A stretch of 64,000 nt of DNA from an uncultured Alphaproteobacteria bacterium (GTDB lineage Bacteria > Pseudomonadota > Alphaproteobacteria > Rs-D84): positions 2,242-66,241 of the forward strand of contig CAJGDG010000001.1 of the NCBI GenBank assembly GCA_904502095.1, written 5' to 3'. Position numbers and translations under genes: made by a program. Shown in pieces: positions 9,623 through 18,899 of the stretch; the first letter of the stretch is position 1, and each line of letters opens with the position of its first letter. The notes under the pieces were generated by a model, which was given only the letters and a program-made list of their open reading frames with translations, had not been told where the DNA came from and ran no database searches.

Positions 9623-10632
9623 TTCTTTTCAGATTGTTTTATCAATTCCTTTACTCTATTTTCTGTTTGAATATTAAATTCTTCCGTCTTTTGTTGTTTG
9701 CTAATTGTTTTGGCTGTCCATGAGTCAATTGTTGCGCACGCGGCTTTGTAAAATCCACACAGTGCCGCCGCCGCTGCGTTTTCTGAATTAAATATTTTGT
9801 CCGCATGTTCGGGGTATTCGTCTGTCGCGCGTTCACATTTAAATGTCATATTGTTGGCACAAACGGTTGCAACGCAACGATTGTATGCGCGGTTATCTTT
9901 GCACGAATTTTTTGCATCGTTCAACAGGGTTAAACGCTTGTTCTGGTATGCGGCGACAATGTGTTGAAGCGCGTCTTCGGCACTGTTAACAGCCGTGTCG
10001 CGCGCCGCCAGTAATGTTTCGCGAATTGCAGATATGTGTTCGTCACAGCCGGTGTTTTCAATGCTGCACGATGCAAAGAATTTATCAAAGTCTGAATTTT
10101 CTTTGCAGTTTCGATAATCGGCTGTGCACGCCTTGTCCAATAACATGCATTGAGTGATTAACGATTCGCAAGAGGATTTGGATTTTGATTCAGCCTTGGC
10201 CAATTCGTCCAGTTTTTCGGCACGGTCCATCGAAACCTTGGCAGCAGCACAAGATTGTTCAATCAGTGAATCGTATGATTCTTCGATGTCTTCGTCAGTA
10301 CAGCCGGCAACCTTTTTCATACATTCTGTGCGCGCCCAGACATAGCGTTGACCGGGTTCAGATGGCGCATTTTTCAATTCTTTTTCAGAAATTGTGTATT
10401 TAGAACTGGCCCCAACAGATACATTGCGCATACCTTTCTTGCCGGATGCGGGTGGGGTGCCAGCCTCGCTGGTGCCGCAATATTGACAGCGCGCCAATGG
10501 GTTCGACGAAAAGTTTATGGCACATACAGAATCCAAGCATTTGTTTAAATTTGCACGCGAACATTTAGCCACAGCGTGCGCCCCAGGACACGCTAAGAAA
10601 AAGCTGGCAAAAATTAATGCGTATTTGGTCAT
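9619..10632 (-). CDS. Cysteine-rich secreted protein (P5, 337 aa). First gene of the operon.
   Basis: Signal peptide MTKYALIFASFFLACPGAHA. N-terminal module KCSRANLNKCLDSVCAINFSSNPLARCQYC matches the family module. Paired Cys recur throughout. Confidence 0.75.
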   Translation of the reverse strand: MTKYALIFASFFLACPGAHAVAKCSRANLNKCLDSVCAINFSSNPLARCQYCGTSEAGTPPASGKKGMRNVSVGASSKYTISEKELKNAPSEPGQRYVWARTECMKKVAGCTDEDIEESYDSLIEQSCAAAKVSMDRAEKLDELAKAESKSKSSCESLITQCMLLDKACTADYRNCKENSDFDKFFASCSIENTGCDEHISAIRETLLAARDTAVNSAEDALQHIVAAYQNKRLTLLNDAKNSCKDNRAYNRCVATVCANNMTFKCERATDEYPEHADKIFNSENAAAAALCGFYKAACATIDSWTAKTISKQQKTEEFNIQTENRVKELIKQSEKK

Positions 10633-10702
10633 ATTCTCTCTGTTGAAATAACTATATCATAAAATGAGGTAAGGGCGCAAATAGAAATTTTTGTAAAAAC
10701 AC

Positions 10703-10731
10703 TTGACAAAAGCACTTTGTTTGTCTATATT
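10703..10731 (+). promoter_or_regulatory. Sigma70-type promoter for the 10762 gene, in the divergent intergenic region
   Basis: TTGACA-17 nt-TATATT (cttgacaaaagcactttgtttgtctatatt), about 30 nt upstream of ATG 10762, which has an AAGGA ribosome-binding site. Confidence 0.6.
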
Positions 10732-10761
10732 TATTCTGAAATCATAACAAAAGGATGAAAA

Positions 10762-11274
10762 ATGTTCGTTAAAAAACCGGATTTAAGTAAAATTTCTTTG
10801 GCAGAAGCAAAGGATATTATAAAAAAATGGCACCCAAGATTAAATGCGACCAGTGCTGTTGCGTTGGCGTTTATGCTGTCTACGATTATTTTGGGCGTTA
10901 AAAGCTGTAAATATGAAAAAGAAAACGAAAGCTTGGAAGCAGATAAAAATAAATTGCATGAACAAGTAGTCAGTGCGTTGGATAGTTTACAGAAAACAGC
11001 TGGTGAAACAAAATCCCTTGCAATGGAAGCGTCACAGGTTTGTGGTTTGCGTGAAGAAAACCAAGAATTAAGAGATTCTATTCAAGGATTAAGAGGTTCT
11101 AATCAAGAATTAATAGATTCTATTGGTGTGTTGAATGCAAAATTGAAGAATTGCCAGGCGCGAAAGAAAACAGTTGTGGTTCAGTCTGCGCCAAAAAAGG
11201 CAGAAGCACCAAAAGATACATTTAATGTCGATGTTAAAATAAAAAGAACATATTATTGGACATACGGTCGTTAA
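10762..11274 (+). CDS. Coiled-coil protein with one TM helix, hypothetical
   Basis: AAGGA RBS. Hydrophobic segment AVALAFMLSTIILGV. Heptad-like body with internal tandem repeat NQELRDSIQGLRGSNQELIDSIGVL. Confidence 0.55.
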   Translation: MFVKKPDLSKISLAEAKDIIKKWHPRLNATSAVALAFMLSTIILGVKSCKYEKENESLEADKNKLHEQVVSALDSLQKTAGETKSLAMEASQVCGLREENQELRDSIQGLRGSNQELIDSIGVLNAKLKNCQARKKTVVVQSAPKKAEAPKDTFNVDVKIKRTYYWTYGR

Positions 11275-11295
11275 TAGTTTCTGTTGTCGGTAAAA

Positions 11296-11336
11296 AATCG
11301 GTCTGTTTGAAAAAAATAGACCGATTTTTATTTTTT
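11296..11336 (+). terminator. Intrinsic terminator
   Basis: Hairpin aatcggtct...agaccgatt followed by a T-run, directly after the stop at 11274. Confidence 0.6.
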
Positions 11337-11393
11337 TGGCTGGACAGGTAAGTCATTATTATGATAAGATTTTATTGTCATAAGAGAGTAGGA

Positions 11394-14300
11394 ATGAAAT
11401 TTATCAGAATTTTAATGTTTGCTTTGTTCTTGGTGCCGAGCGTATCGCGTGCTGCATCAAACGAATTTATGGTTGCGGCCCAGTTGTTGGCGGCGGCAAA
11501 AAACGCCGATATTCAGCAGGTGCAAAGTCTGGTAAATGCAGGGGCTGATGTTAATTTTGTGGATTCAACGGGATTGTCTATTGTTTGTACTGCGTTGATG
11601 AATAATGATGTGCGTGCTGCACAAATATTGCAAATGTATGGGGCTGATGCGTCAAAATGTGACAGTCAGATAAAAAGATACAACAATCGAACAAAGCCAA
11701 AGCCGAACGGCGGTCTGTTCAGCGGACTGTCGTCTGCCCAGACAATTGGTTTAGCGGCGGCGGGGGCCGCCGTTGTCGTAGGTGGGTTGTTTTTATTGAC
11801 TGATGTGTTTGACCCGGGAAATGATAATGACAGTTCAGCATCTGGGGGTAATCGCCCAGATAATAACCCAGACAGTGGTGGCGGCGTAAATGGAAACGCA
11901 GCTTTTTCGGTGGCGTACAGTCCGGCGTATCTGGGGGCGGATGGTAAAATGACCACGGATGATTCCGTTTATCAGGAAAATTTAGCGTCTTGGAATCCTG
12001 CTGCTGGTGGTTTGCGTGCGGCAGATTTTAACTATTTTAATCCAAATGAACAACCCGAAAATAATTATTATGTCGATGGCGTTGGTGTGCAGATGCAAAA
12101 TTATTTGCTGATGATGCATGGGTATTCTGCGTTTGCAAATGATTATTTTGGTCAAACTGTTTTCCGTGATAAATCAAATAATAATAATCCTGTGTTGGTC
12201 AGTAATAATGCTGGCGGTGGGGCACCTGTGGCGGTTGGTTTGGTGACTGCTAATGGTTTGAATTCGACTGGGTCGGCGGCGCGTGCAGGCGGTATTGAAT
12301 ATGCCAACAGTGCGGCGGCGGATGCAACAACATATTTGGTTGATAAATATTTGAACTATGCCAACCCTGATGCTGGTGGTGTTGAAATTGCGGGGTTTGA
12401 TTTTTCAGGTTCTGGTACTGCGATGAATCCGTTCGCGACCAGCTATGATAATGCGCTGGGTAAAATCGTCGCAGGTTGGGAGGCGGGCGGTCGTTCATAT
12501 GGTGATTTGATGGGTTTTGTTCCAAATGGTCGCTTGGCAATTTATAAGACAGGCGGTGGTGATGCATTTGTGGATGTTGCAAATCCAACCGATGGGGCGG
12601 TTGTTGCGACTTTGACAGATGTGGATGAAAATAGTGCGCTGGGGGTGGGCGATAAAATTGTGATGGGTGACGTCACATATAATATTGTCAGTGCGCGCGG
12701 TGATGCAACTGTGACAAATCCGACAATTAAAATTGGCAGTACTATATATAGACTGGCAGATGACAGTCAAATGCTGTTAGCGAAATGTGATGGGGATGCG
12801 TGTGATGATGTTTCTGATGTTGCAATTTATCAGGGAACTGACGGATATTATTATCTGAATACAACAGGTGGAAATGCGCCTGATGCAGTTTATGTTTTAA
12901 AAGACAATAATTTTTATGTGCAAAAAGAATTGCAAACAGACGGTGTTGCATACAAGAATTTTGAGGCATTAGATGCGGCGCGTTCATCTGGGGTTAATGT
13001 TTTAGCAAATGTTTCGATAATTGATGCATCGCGTGCAAATGATTATAAATCTGTTGCTGATATGCCTGCATATATTGCAACCAGTTCTTTGGCAGATACA
13101 GAAGATTATCAGAATTTAATTGATAAATACTATGGGGCAGGTCAGGGCGCATTTGCAAACAAGATGTTTAATGCGTATGGCGCGTCATCGCCGGTTTTGG
13201 TTATGCCTGCGGGGGAATTTGTTTTTGATAATAACGCTGCAAAAACAGCGACTTTTGAAAACTATGCCCCACTGTTATATGATACTAATTTAAATCAACG
13301 CTTTATGACTGTTGTGGCAGTTGGACATACCAAGGGTACCAGTGCGGCAACATCTATTTCAGGTTATGGTAATGGGGTTAATGATGCCTATGGCCCATTG
13401 TATTTGTCGATGTATGAAAAAGACGATGTTTCTTATATGTCGCGCACGTGTGGGGTTGCGGGTGTTGGTGGTGGCAATGTCGACCCGTGGTGTTTTGCTG
13501 CGGCGGGCCCAACAACAGAAATGGCGGCGGCATCGGCTGCGGGTGCGTTTGCTTCTTTGCAGGCGGCGTTTGATTATATGTCCAATGCCCAGATTTATCA
13601 GTTGATGGCTTTGACTGCTGATGGGTATTTGCTGGGAACGGCGTCTGACGGTACAGCCTTTACCAAAGATACTTTGGCAACATATTTAAAGCAGATGTAT
13701 GCATTGCCGCCTGAATATAATATAGGGACAATGTCGTCAGAACAATATTTGAACGCGTTTGCCCAGGTTTATGGTTATGGTTTGATTAATCTGGAACGTG
13801 CAATGAAGCCGGGGCGTTCTGTGTATTTCTATGATGGGGCGACAAATAAAATTGTGTCTGCAAATGGAAATGCGTATTGGCGTGCGGCGTCAAATACAGC
13901 GTTTCGTTCATCAGCTGCATTGAATATGCGTGGGGCAACAATCAGCGCACCTTTCTTTGATGTTGTGGAAAGTGTTAATGGCGAAATCTCTTTGCCGCGT
14001 GTTTGGGAAAATGAATTTGCGGTTGGGGCAACTGATTCACATGGATTGTATATGGGCGATGTGTTGGGTGACTTAGATACGCGTCGTGAATCTGCGCAAA
14101 AGACCAAGATTGGCGATATTGATTTTTCTTTGGCGTTGTCAGAACGCGCGTATGTTGATAATATGGGCGGATTGGACAGTTTGAATATTGGATACAAAAA
14201 TGGGAACTGGGGTTTTGGTGCGTCTTATCAGCGTTATTTAACAGACGGTGCGTCGCGTTTTGCGGGGCTGCACAATCCAATTATGGGGTTGGCATCAAAT

Positions 14301-15038
14301 GCGGTTGTGTCCGATGTTGAATATAATTATGGCAAATGGTCGTTTGGTGGACGTGCGTTTTCTGGTATGATTTCAGATGAAGGTCTGTTGGAAAATGATC
14401 CAACCGTATCAGCGCAGTATATGCCTGCAAAACTGGGCTTGGTCCAGGGTGGTGGCGCTGATATCAAATGGGTTGGCGACACTATTTCGTTTAAGTCGTC
14501 GATTGGTGCGGTCACAGAATCTGATACTTTGTTGGGGGCGTATACAGATGGTCTGTTGAATTTGGGTAATGGTAATACGACTTATGTTGATTTTGAATCT
14601 AAATATAATGTTTCTGATTCTGTTAATTTTACAGCGCGTGCGACATTTGCGCATACTGTGTCTGATGCGGTTGGCGGAATCGTGCTGGGGTTAAGCGATA
14701 TCGAGTCTAATTCATTTGCGTTTGGCGCAAATATCGGAAACTTTGAATTCAGTGTTTCCCAGCCTTTGGCAATAACAGATGGTGCGTTAAAATATTCGTA
14801 TGCAAAGTATGATGTTGATGCAACAGGGGCGGTAAATGTTGTTGATGCGCATATTGAAAATCTGTCATTAAAACCAGATGTGCGTGAAACAAGATTTATG
14901 GCAACATATCGTCATAATTTTGGCGAATTTACAGATGGGGCAGTTGGATTTATATATCGCGTTAATCCAAATCATACCGATGATTTCGGGAACGAGTCTG
15001 TATTTATGATGAAGTTAAGCCACAGATTGGGAATTTAG
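11394..15038 (+). CDS. Large secreted protein: N-terminal ankyrin repeats, degenerate subtilase-like central region, C-terminal beta-barrel (autotransporter-like)
   Basis: ORF trimmed to Met 11394 (MKFIRILMFALFLVPSVSRA signal peptide, GAGTAGGA RBS). Two ANK-like repeats (AAQLLAAAKNADIQQVQSLVNAGADVNFVDSTGLSIVCTALMNNDVRAAQILQMYGADAS). Region ..CFAAAGPTTEMAAASAAGAFASLQAAFDYMSNAQIYQLMALTADGY.. parallels the Ser-motif region of the S8 protease at 44942..46795 ([28 protein letters not shown]..), but carries Glu where the catalytic Ser should be. The C-terminal ~300 aa has an alternating beta-strand pattern rich in aromatic and Gly residues. Confidence 0.5.
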   Translation: MKFIRILMFALFLVPSVSRAASNEFMVAAQLLAAAKNADIQQVQSLVNAGADVNFVDSTGLSIVCTALMNNDVRAAQILQMYGADASKCDSQIKRYNNRTKPKPNGGLFSGLSSAQTIGLAAAGAAVVVGGLFLLTDVFDPGNDNDSSASGGNRPDNNPDSGGGVNGNAAFSVAYSPAYLGADGKMTTDDSVYQENLASWNPAAGGLRAADFNYFNPNEQPENNYYVDGVGVQMQNYLLMMHGYSAFANDYFGQTVFRDKSNNNNPVLVSNNAGGGAPVAVGLVTANGLNSTGSAARAGGIEYANSAAADATTYLVDKYLNYANPDAGGVEIAGFDFSGSGTAMNPFATSYDNALGKIVAGWEAGGRSYGDLMGFVPNGRLAIYKTGGGDAFVDVANPTDGAVVATLTDVDENSALGVGDKIVMGDVTYNIVSARGDATVTNPTIKIGSTIYRLADDSQMLLAKCDGDACDDVSDVAIYQGTDGYYYLNTTGGNAPDAVYVLKDNNFYVQKELQTDGVAYKNFEALDAARSSGVNVLANVSIIDASRANDYKSVADMPAYIATSSLADTEDYQNLIDKYYGAGQGAFANKMFNAYGASSPVLVMPAGEFVFDNNAAKTATFENYAPLLYDTNLNQRFMTVVAVGHTKGTSAATSISGYGNGVNDAYGPLYLSMYEKDDVSYMSRTCGVAGVGGGNVDPWCFAAAGPTTEMAAASAAGAFASLQAAFDYMSNAQIYQLMALTADGYLLGTASDGTAFTKDTLATYLKQMYALPPEYNIGTMSSEQYLNAFAQVYGYGLINLERAMKPGRSVYFYDGATNKIVSANGNAYWRAASNTAFRSSAALNMRGATISAPFFDVVESVNGEISLPRVWENEFAVGATDSHGLYMGDVLGDLDTRRESAQKTKIGDIDFSLALSERAYVDNMGGLDSLNIGYKNGNWGFGASYQRYLTDGASRFAGLHNPIMGLASNAVVSDVEYNYGKWSFGGRAFSGMISDEGLLENDPTVSAQYMPAKLGLVQGGGADIKWVGDTISFKSSIGAVTESDTLLGAYTDGLLNLGNGNTTYVDFESKYNVSDSVNFTARATFAHTVSDAVGGIVLGLSDIESNSFAFGANIGNFEFSVSQPLAITDGALKYSYAKYDVDATGAVNVVDAHIENLSLKPDVRETRFMATYRHNFGEFTDGAVGFIYRVNPNHTDDFGNESVFMMKLSHRLGI

Positions 15039-15094
15039 AAAACGCTTGACAAAACCCTTTTGTCAGATAAAATTTGTCAACAAAGGGTTTTTGA

Positions 15095-15526
15095 ATGATA
15101 AATGTATGTAATTTTATATCTGATTATATTACTGATTTTCCGTTAAGAAAAAACATCAAGGCGGAAAAAAGTAAAAATCCAAAATTGGATATGCTGGCGT
15201 TATATTATTTGTCGTGTGGGCGTTTGCATTTTTTGCGTGCCCGCGATAATCGTGTTTATTGGTATTGTATTGTAAATCCGACTTATTTAGATGCGGCAGA
15301 TTATATTTTGCGTGCGAACGGTATGGTGCCATCGCGTCATTTGTCTTATATGTTTTATCCTTGTGCCCAGGTGTTGCGTGTACCAGCCAAAGAAATCCAT
15401 AAAAGCAAAGAGAATATCGATTTTGTAAATCAAACAATGGTTTTGACAGAAGAAAACATAGATTATAATTTGGTTTACAATTATGTACAAGATGTGCAAA
15501 AGCAACTTAATCAAAATGTAAAATAA
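15095..15526 (+). CDS. Hypothetical protein
   Basis: 143-aa ORF between a promoter-like element and a terminator. No recognisable motif. Confidence 0.4.
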   Translation: MINVCNFISDYITDFPLRKNIKAEKSKNPKLDMLALYYLSCGRLHFLRARDNRVYWYCIVNPTYLDAADYILRANGMVPSRHLSYMFYPCAQVLRVPAKEIHKSKENIDFVNQTMVLTEENIDYNLVYNYVQDVQKQLNQNVK

Positions 15527-15555
15527 AAATCCCCAAAATGGGGATTTTTATTTTT
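15524..15555. terminator. Bidirectional intrinsic terminator, family aaaatcccc(N4-5)ggggatttt
   Basis: aaaaatccccaaaatggggatttttattttt between convergent genes. Confidence 0.7.
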
Positions 15556-16285
15556 GAAAGTATTGTGCTTTTTGCTTTTTGGAATTTTTGTACATTTCGT
15601 TCATTATTTCTTTTTGGCTCTCTTCTGTCTTGGAATCTTCTGAAAATTCTGTGCCGTTTAAGATGACAAGTCGTGCCGGCTTAAAGTCTTTGTTGCCTTC
15701 GCCGCCGCAGTCCACATGATATTTAGAAGCGTCATACGGTTTTCCCCAACATTTGCCGTTTTCAACCCCGATGTATCCTTTTTTTTCTAAGAAATCACAT
15801 GTGACTGGTTTGTCTGTAATTTCGCCGTTTTCTGTTTCATCGATTGGGTCTTCTAATATGCCGGTGCACCAAACCTTTACAGGTTTTCCACCAACCATAA
15901 CCTCGGAACCTGTTTTGTTATATTTGCGGCGTACACCAAAACAATCGTCGGTTTTTGATAAAATATTTGTATCAAAGTCGTCAGAGATAGCGTTATTGGT
16001 ATTGTGTTTGATATCGTTACGACTGACCAGTTGTGCTTCGTACGGTTGGGGGGGGTTAAATGCGTTTGGGCAAATGTATTTCATGCCGTAACAGTTTGAA
16101 TCACCGTCCCATTTGTCTGTGTTAAAACCATCGCCCATGTTGACATAGCATTTTGTTTCGTTGACACGACAAACTGTTGGTTGTTCCCACCAGGGGATAT
16201 CGAAAGCCGTGGCTGAATTATCGAAAGCCGTGGCTGAATTTATGCCAATCAAAGATAATACAGAAATTATAAATGCTTTTTTCAT
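15548..16285 (-). CDS. Small cysteine-rich secreted protein (245 aa)
   Basis: Signal peptide MKKAFIISVLSLIGINSATA. 14 Cys. In-frame tandem duplication NSATAFD x2 right after the signal peptide. Confidence 0.6.
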   Translation of the reverse strand: MKKAFIISVLSLIGINSATAFDNSATAFDIPWWEQPTVCRVNETKCYVNMGDGFNTDKWDGDSNCYGMKYICPNAFNPPQPYEAQLVSRNDIKHNTNNAISDDFDTNILSKTDDCFGVRRKYNKTGSEVMVGGKPVKVWCTGILEDPIDETENGEITDKPVTCDFLEKKGYIGVENGKCWGKPYDASKYHVDCGGEGNKDFKPARLVILNGTEFSEDSKTEESQKEIMNEMYKNSKKQKAQYFQK

Positions 16286-16294
16286 TGTCTTTTC

Positions 16295-18439
16295 CTATGG
16301 TGTTTGGGTGTCCGGCCCATCACAGAACCCCCATTTTTTTGATGCGTTTGTTTCGAAATAGAATTTGTCCCATCCTGTTTCTTCTTTTGGGGTGCTGTCC
16401 CATTCTCCGTCTAAGCGTTCGCATTCGCTGGCCAGCGCTTTCAGCATATCTGAACGAATTTCGTCCATAACAACATTAACATCCTGTAATATAATATCTG
16501 GGGTGACTTGGGAATCTGTGGCGCTGGGGCGCATACACATTTGGCGAGCATAACGCACCAATTTATGATGTAGACTGCCAACATATTTGCCGCCTTCCTT
16601 TGTCGGACATGATGGCTGCGATGAACCGTTTTCTGCAACGGTTGTTGTTCCATTGTTCCCTTGGTTCGTCACCGCTATGTTGCAGCCATGTTCTTGTGCA
16701 AAAGTTCTGTCGCCGGGGATATATGTGCGGCATGCGTATGGGTATGTGTGCAGGGTGTCGTTGCTGGGCACGGCGCACAATTTTTTTGCATAATCGCGCA
16801 ATACATTTTGACATTCTTGGGCGATTTGTTGACTGACTATGTCATACATAGCTGTGACCAATGCCGCCAGACCGTCAGGACCGCCCCCGTATAGATTGCT
16901 GCACGCATCCAATTTTTCTTGGCACATTTGTTCAGATAATTCCATGCGTAAACCCAACAACCGTGCTTCGTCGGTATCGCTAAAATCTTTTAATTGTTTG
17001 GTTTGTGTGTCATAGCATGTGTTTATCACCGTTAAACATTCGTTTTTTACCTGGCGGATGCGGTCTTGTTGGCCTTGGTGAATTTCGGTGATTGCCTGGC
17101 GCATGAATTCATCCCACACTTCGTCAGATATATCGCGGCAAGTGTCCAAACCACGGCTGGCAAAACTTTTCATATCATTTAATCTGGCGACGAACATAGT
17201 GTTCGCCTTGTTTTCCAGAATGTTGCCTGATAATGATGTTTGGTTGTTTAATTCAAAGAATTCAGCAGAATATATCGGTTCACCCGTTTCAATGTTTAAA
17301 TAACGGCCCGTCACATCCAGGCAATGAACATAATCTGTGCCGCACGCCATATTAGATGTGATGTCTTGGCGAACCTGGGCAATACAGTCATTGATGGATG
17401 TGGAATTGTGGGTGTTGTAATTTTCGTATCGTGCCTGGCCCATTTCGTTTTCTGTTATACGAATTTCGCTGTTTGCGGCAGTCAGTTTTTTATCCAAACC
17501 GCTGATTAACAAAGAACAATCGTTTTCAATATACATGCCATACGCAGAAACAACCATGGTCTTGGTGGCTGCGTTCGGGCAACTGGCCCCAACCAGTTCA
17601 ATACATTGTGCGTGAACCGCATTATAAAGTGGTTCGCCAGTAAGTGTTGCGATGTTTGCACCATCGGCAAAATCAGTGGTGTTCCATATCTGTTTTATAT
17701 CGCCCGCAATATCCAATGTCCCCTGGGACGACAATGATTTGCTTTTGGTGCCAGATAATATTTTGCTGATATTAGATAATTGGGCTGCGCTGTCAGATGT
17801 GTCTTTGGCGTTTTCCTGGGTCTGTTCGCCGATTGTTGCGGATAACATTGCGCCAACTTCGGCCCCAGATTTGTCGATTGCGTATATGTTTAAATCTTTA
17901 AAGTCTTGGATTTGTGTTGCTGTGTGTCCCAATGCGCGTTCGCGTGATTGGATTTCAGCTAAACGGGAAGAGCATATACATCTGCGATAAGTGTCGTTGG
18001 CTGTGCCGCAAAATTGATCCATACATGTAAAATATGCGTCACGACAAGATGCATAGCTGCTGCCAAAAATGGTGGTGGTGTCGATTTGTTCAGTGCCGCT
18101 GCGTGCAGTTATGTTTTTTATGCTGCGTGTATTTGGTGTAGCGTTGCGTGCAGTTGAAACAGTTTGTGCACCGCGCACAGTAGATACATTTTTCCCGCTG
18201 CGTGCAACAGAAACATTATTGCGTGCGGCGCGTGATGTGACAGTATTGCGTACGGATGTATTCTTTGTGTTTCGACTGGTGATGTTTTTTTTGCTGTCAT
18301 TTGTGCGTGTGTCTGAACGCACAGTCGATGATTGAGATGTGCGAACAGCCGCGTTTGTATCACGAACAGCAGCGTCGGCAAAGCCAACGCCAATAAACAG
18401 GGCTACAATAAACAGCAGTTTCTTTTTCATTCCTTTCAT
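16295..18439 (-). CDS. Large cysteine-rich secreted protein (P6). Start trimmed to MKGMKKK.
   Basis: Signal peptide MKKKLLFIVALFIGVGFADA. Long basic repeat linker (..VRDTNAAVRTSQSSTVRSDTRTNDSKKNITSRNTKNTSVRNTVTSRAARNNVSVARSGKNVSTVRGAQTVSTARNATP..). N-terminal module YASCRDAYFTCMDQFCGTANDTYRRCICSS. Paired Cys recur throughout. Confidence 0.8.
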   Translation of the reverse strand: MKGMKKKLLFIVALFIGVGFADAAVRDTNAAVRTSQSSTVRSDTRTNDSKKNITSRNTKNTSVRNTVTSRAARNNVSVARSGKNVSTVRGAQTVSTARNATPNTRSIKNITARSGTEQIDTTTIFGSSYASCRDAYFTCMDQFCGTANDTYRRCICSSRLAEIQSRERALGHTATQIQDFKDLNIYAIDKSGAEVGAMLSATIGEQTQENAKDTSDSAAQLSNISKILSGTKSKSLSSQGTLDIAGDIKQIWNTTDFADGANIATLTGEPLYNAVHAQCIELVGASCPNAATKTMVVSAYGMYIENDCSLLISGLDKKLTAANSEIRITENEMGQARYENYNTHNSTSINDCIAQVRQDITSNMACGTDYVHCLDVTGRYLNIETGEPIYSAEFFELNNQTSLSGNILENKANTMFVARLNDMKSFASRGLDTCRDISDEVWDEFMRQAITEIHQGQQDRIRQVKNECLTVINTCYDTQTKQLKDFSDTDEARLLGLRMELSEQMCQEKLDACSNLYGGGPDGLAALVTAMYDIVSQQIAQECQNVLRDYAKKLCAVPSNDTLHTYPYACRTYIPGDRTFAQEHGCNIAVTNQGNNGTTTVAENGSSQPSCPTKEGGKYVGSLHHKLVRYARQMCMRPSATDSQVTPDIILQDVNVVMDEIRSDMLKALASECERLDGEWDSTPKEETGWDKFYFETNASKKWGFCDGPDTQTP

Positions 18440-18519
18440 TAACTTAAAATATATTTTATCAAAATCTGGGCTGTTAAACAAGAAAAATGAAACAAAAAAA
18501 CCGCGATTGCGGTTATTTT

Positions 18520-18765
18520 TTATTGTGCGTTTTCAGTGCCGGTGCGCGTGCGTTCAACAAATGTAATGCGGCCCTTGTCCAAATCGTATGGGGTCATTTC
18601 AACACGAACGCGTTCGCCAACGTTGACCCAAATGCGTGCCTTGCGCATTTTTCCGCATACGGTTGCCAAAATTTCATGCCCGTTTTCCAATTTTACACGG
18701 AACATTGTGTTTGGCAGTTTGTCTTCGACTGTGCCACTGAAAACGATAACGTCATCTTTTGCCAT
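18520..18765 (-). CDS. infA: Translation initiation factor IF-1
   Basis: [69 protein letters not shown] is collinear with E. coli IF-1 (..[14 protein letters not shown]...SGKMRK...TPYDLSKGRI..). Confidence 0.9.
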   Translation of the reverse strand: MAKDDVIVFSGTVEDKLPNTMFRVKLENGHEILATVCGKMRKARIWVNVGERVRVEMTPYDLDKGRITFVERTRTGTENAQ

Positions 18766-18899
18766 ATTTTTTTTCCTTAATATTTTTCGTCAAATATAAT
18801 ATTGCGTATGCCGAAAAAAATCAAGTTGTTTTTATGTGCTTGCGTGCGGGGGAATTATTTGATAAAATAAAACATACTTATTATAGGGTGGAGAGTCCG

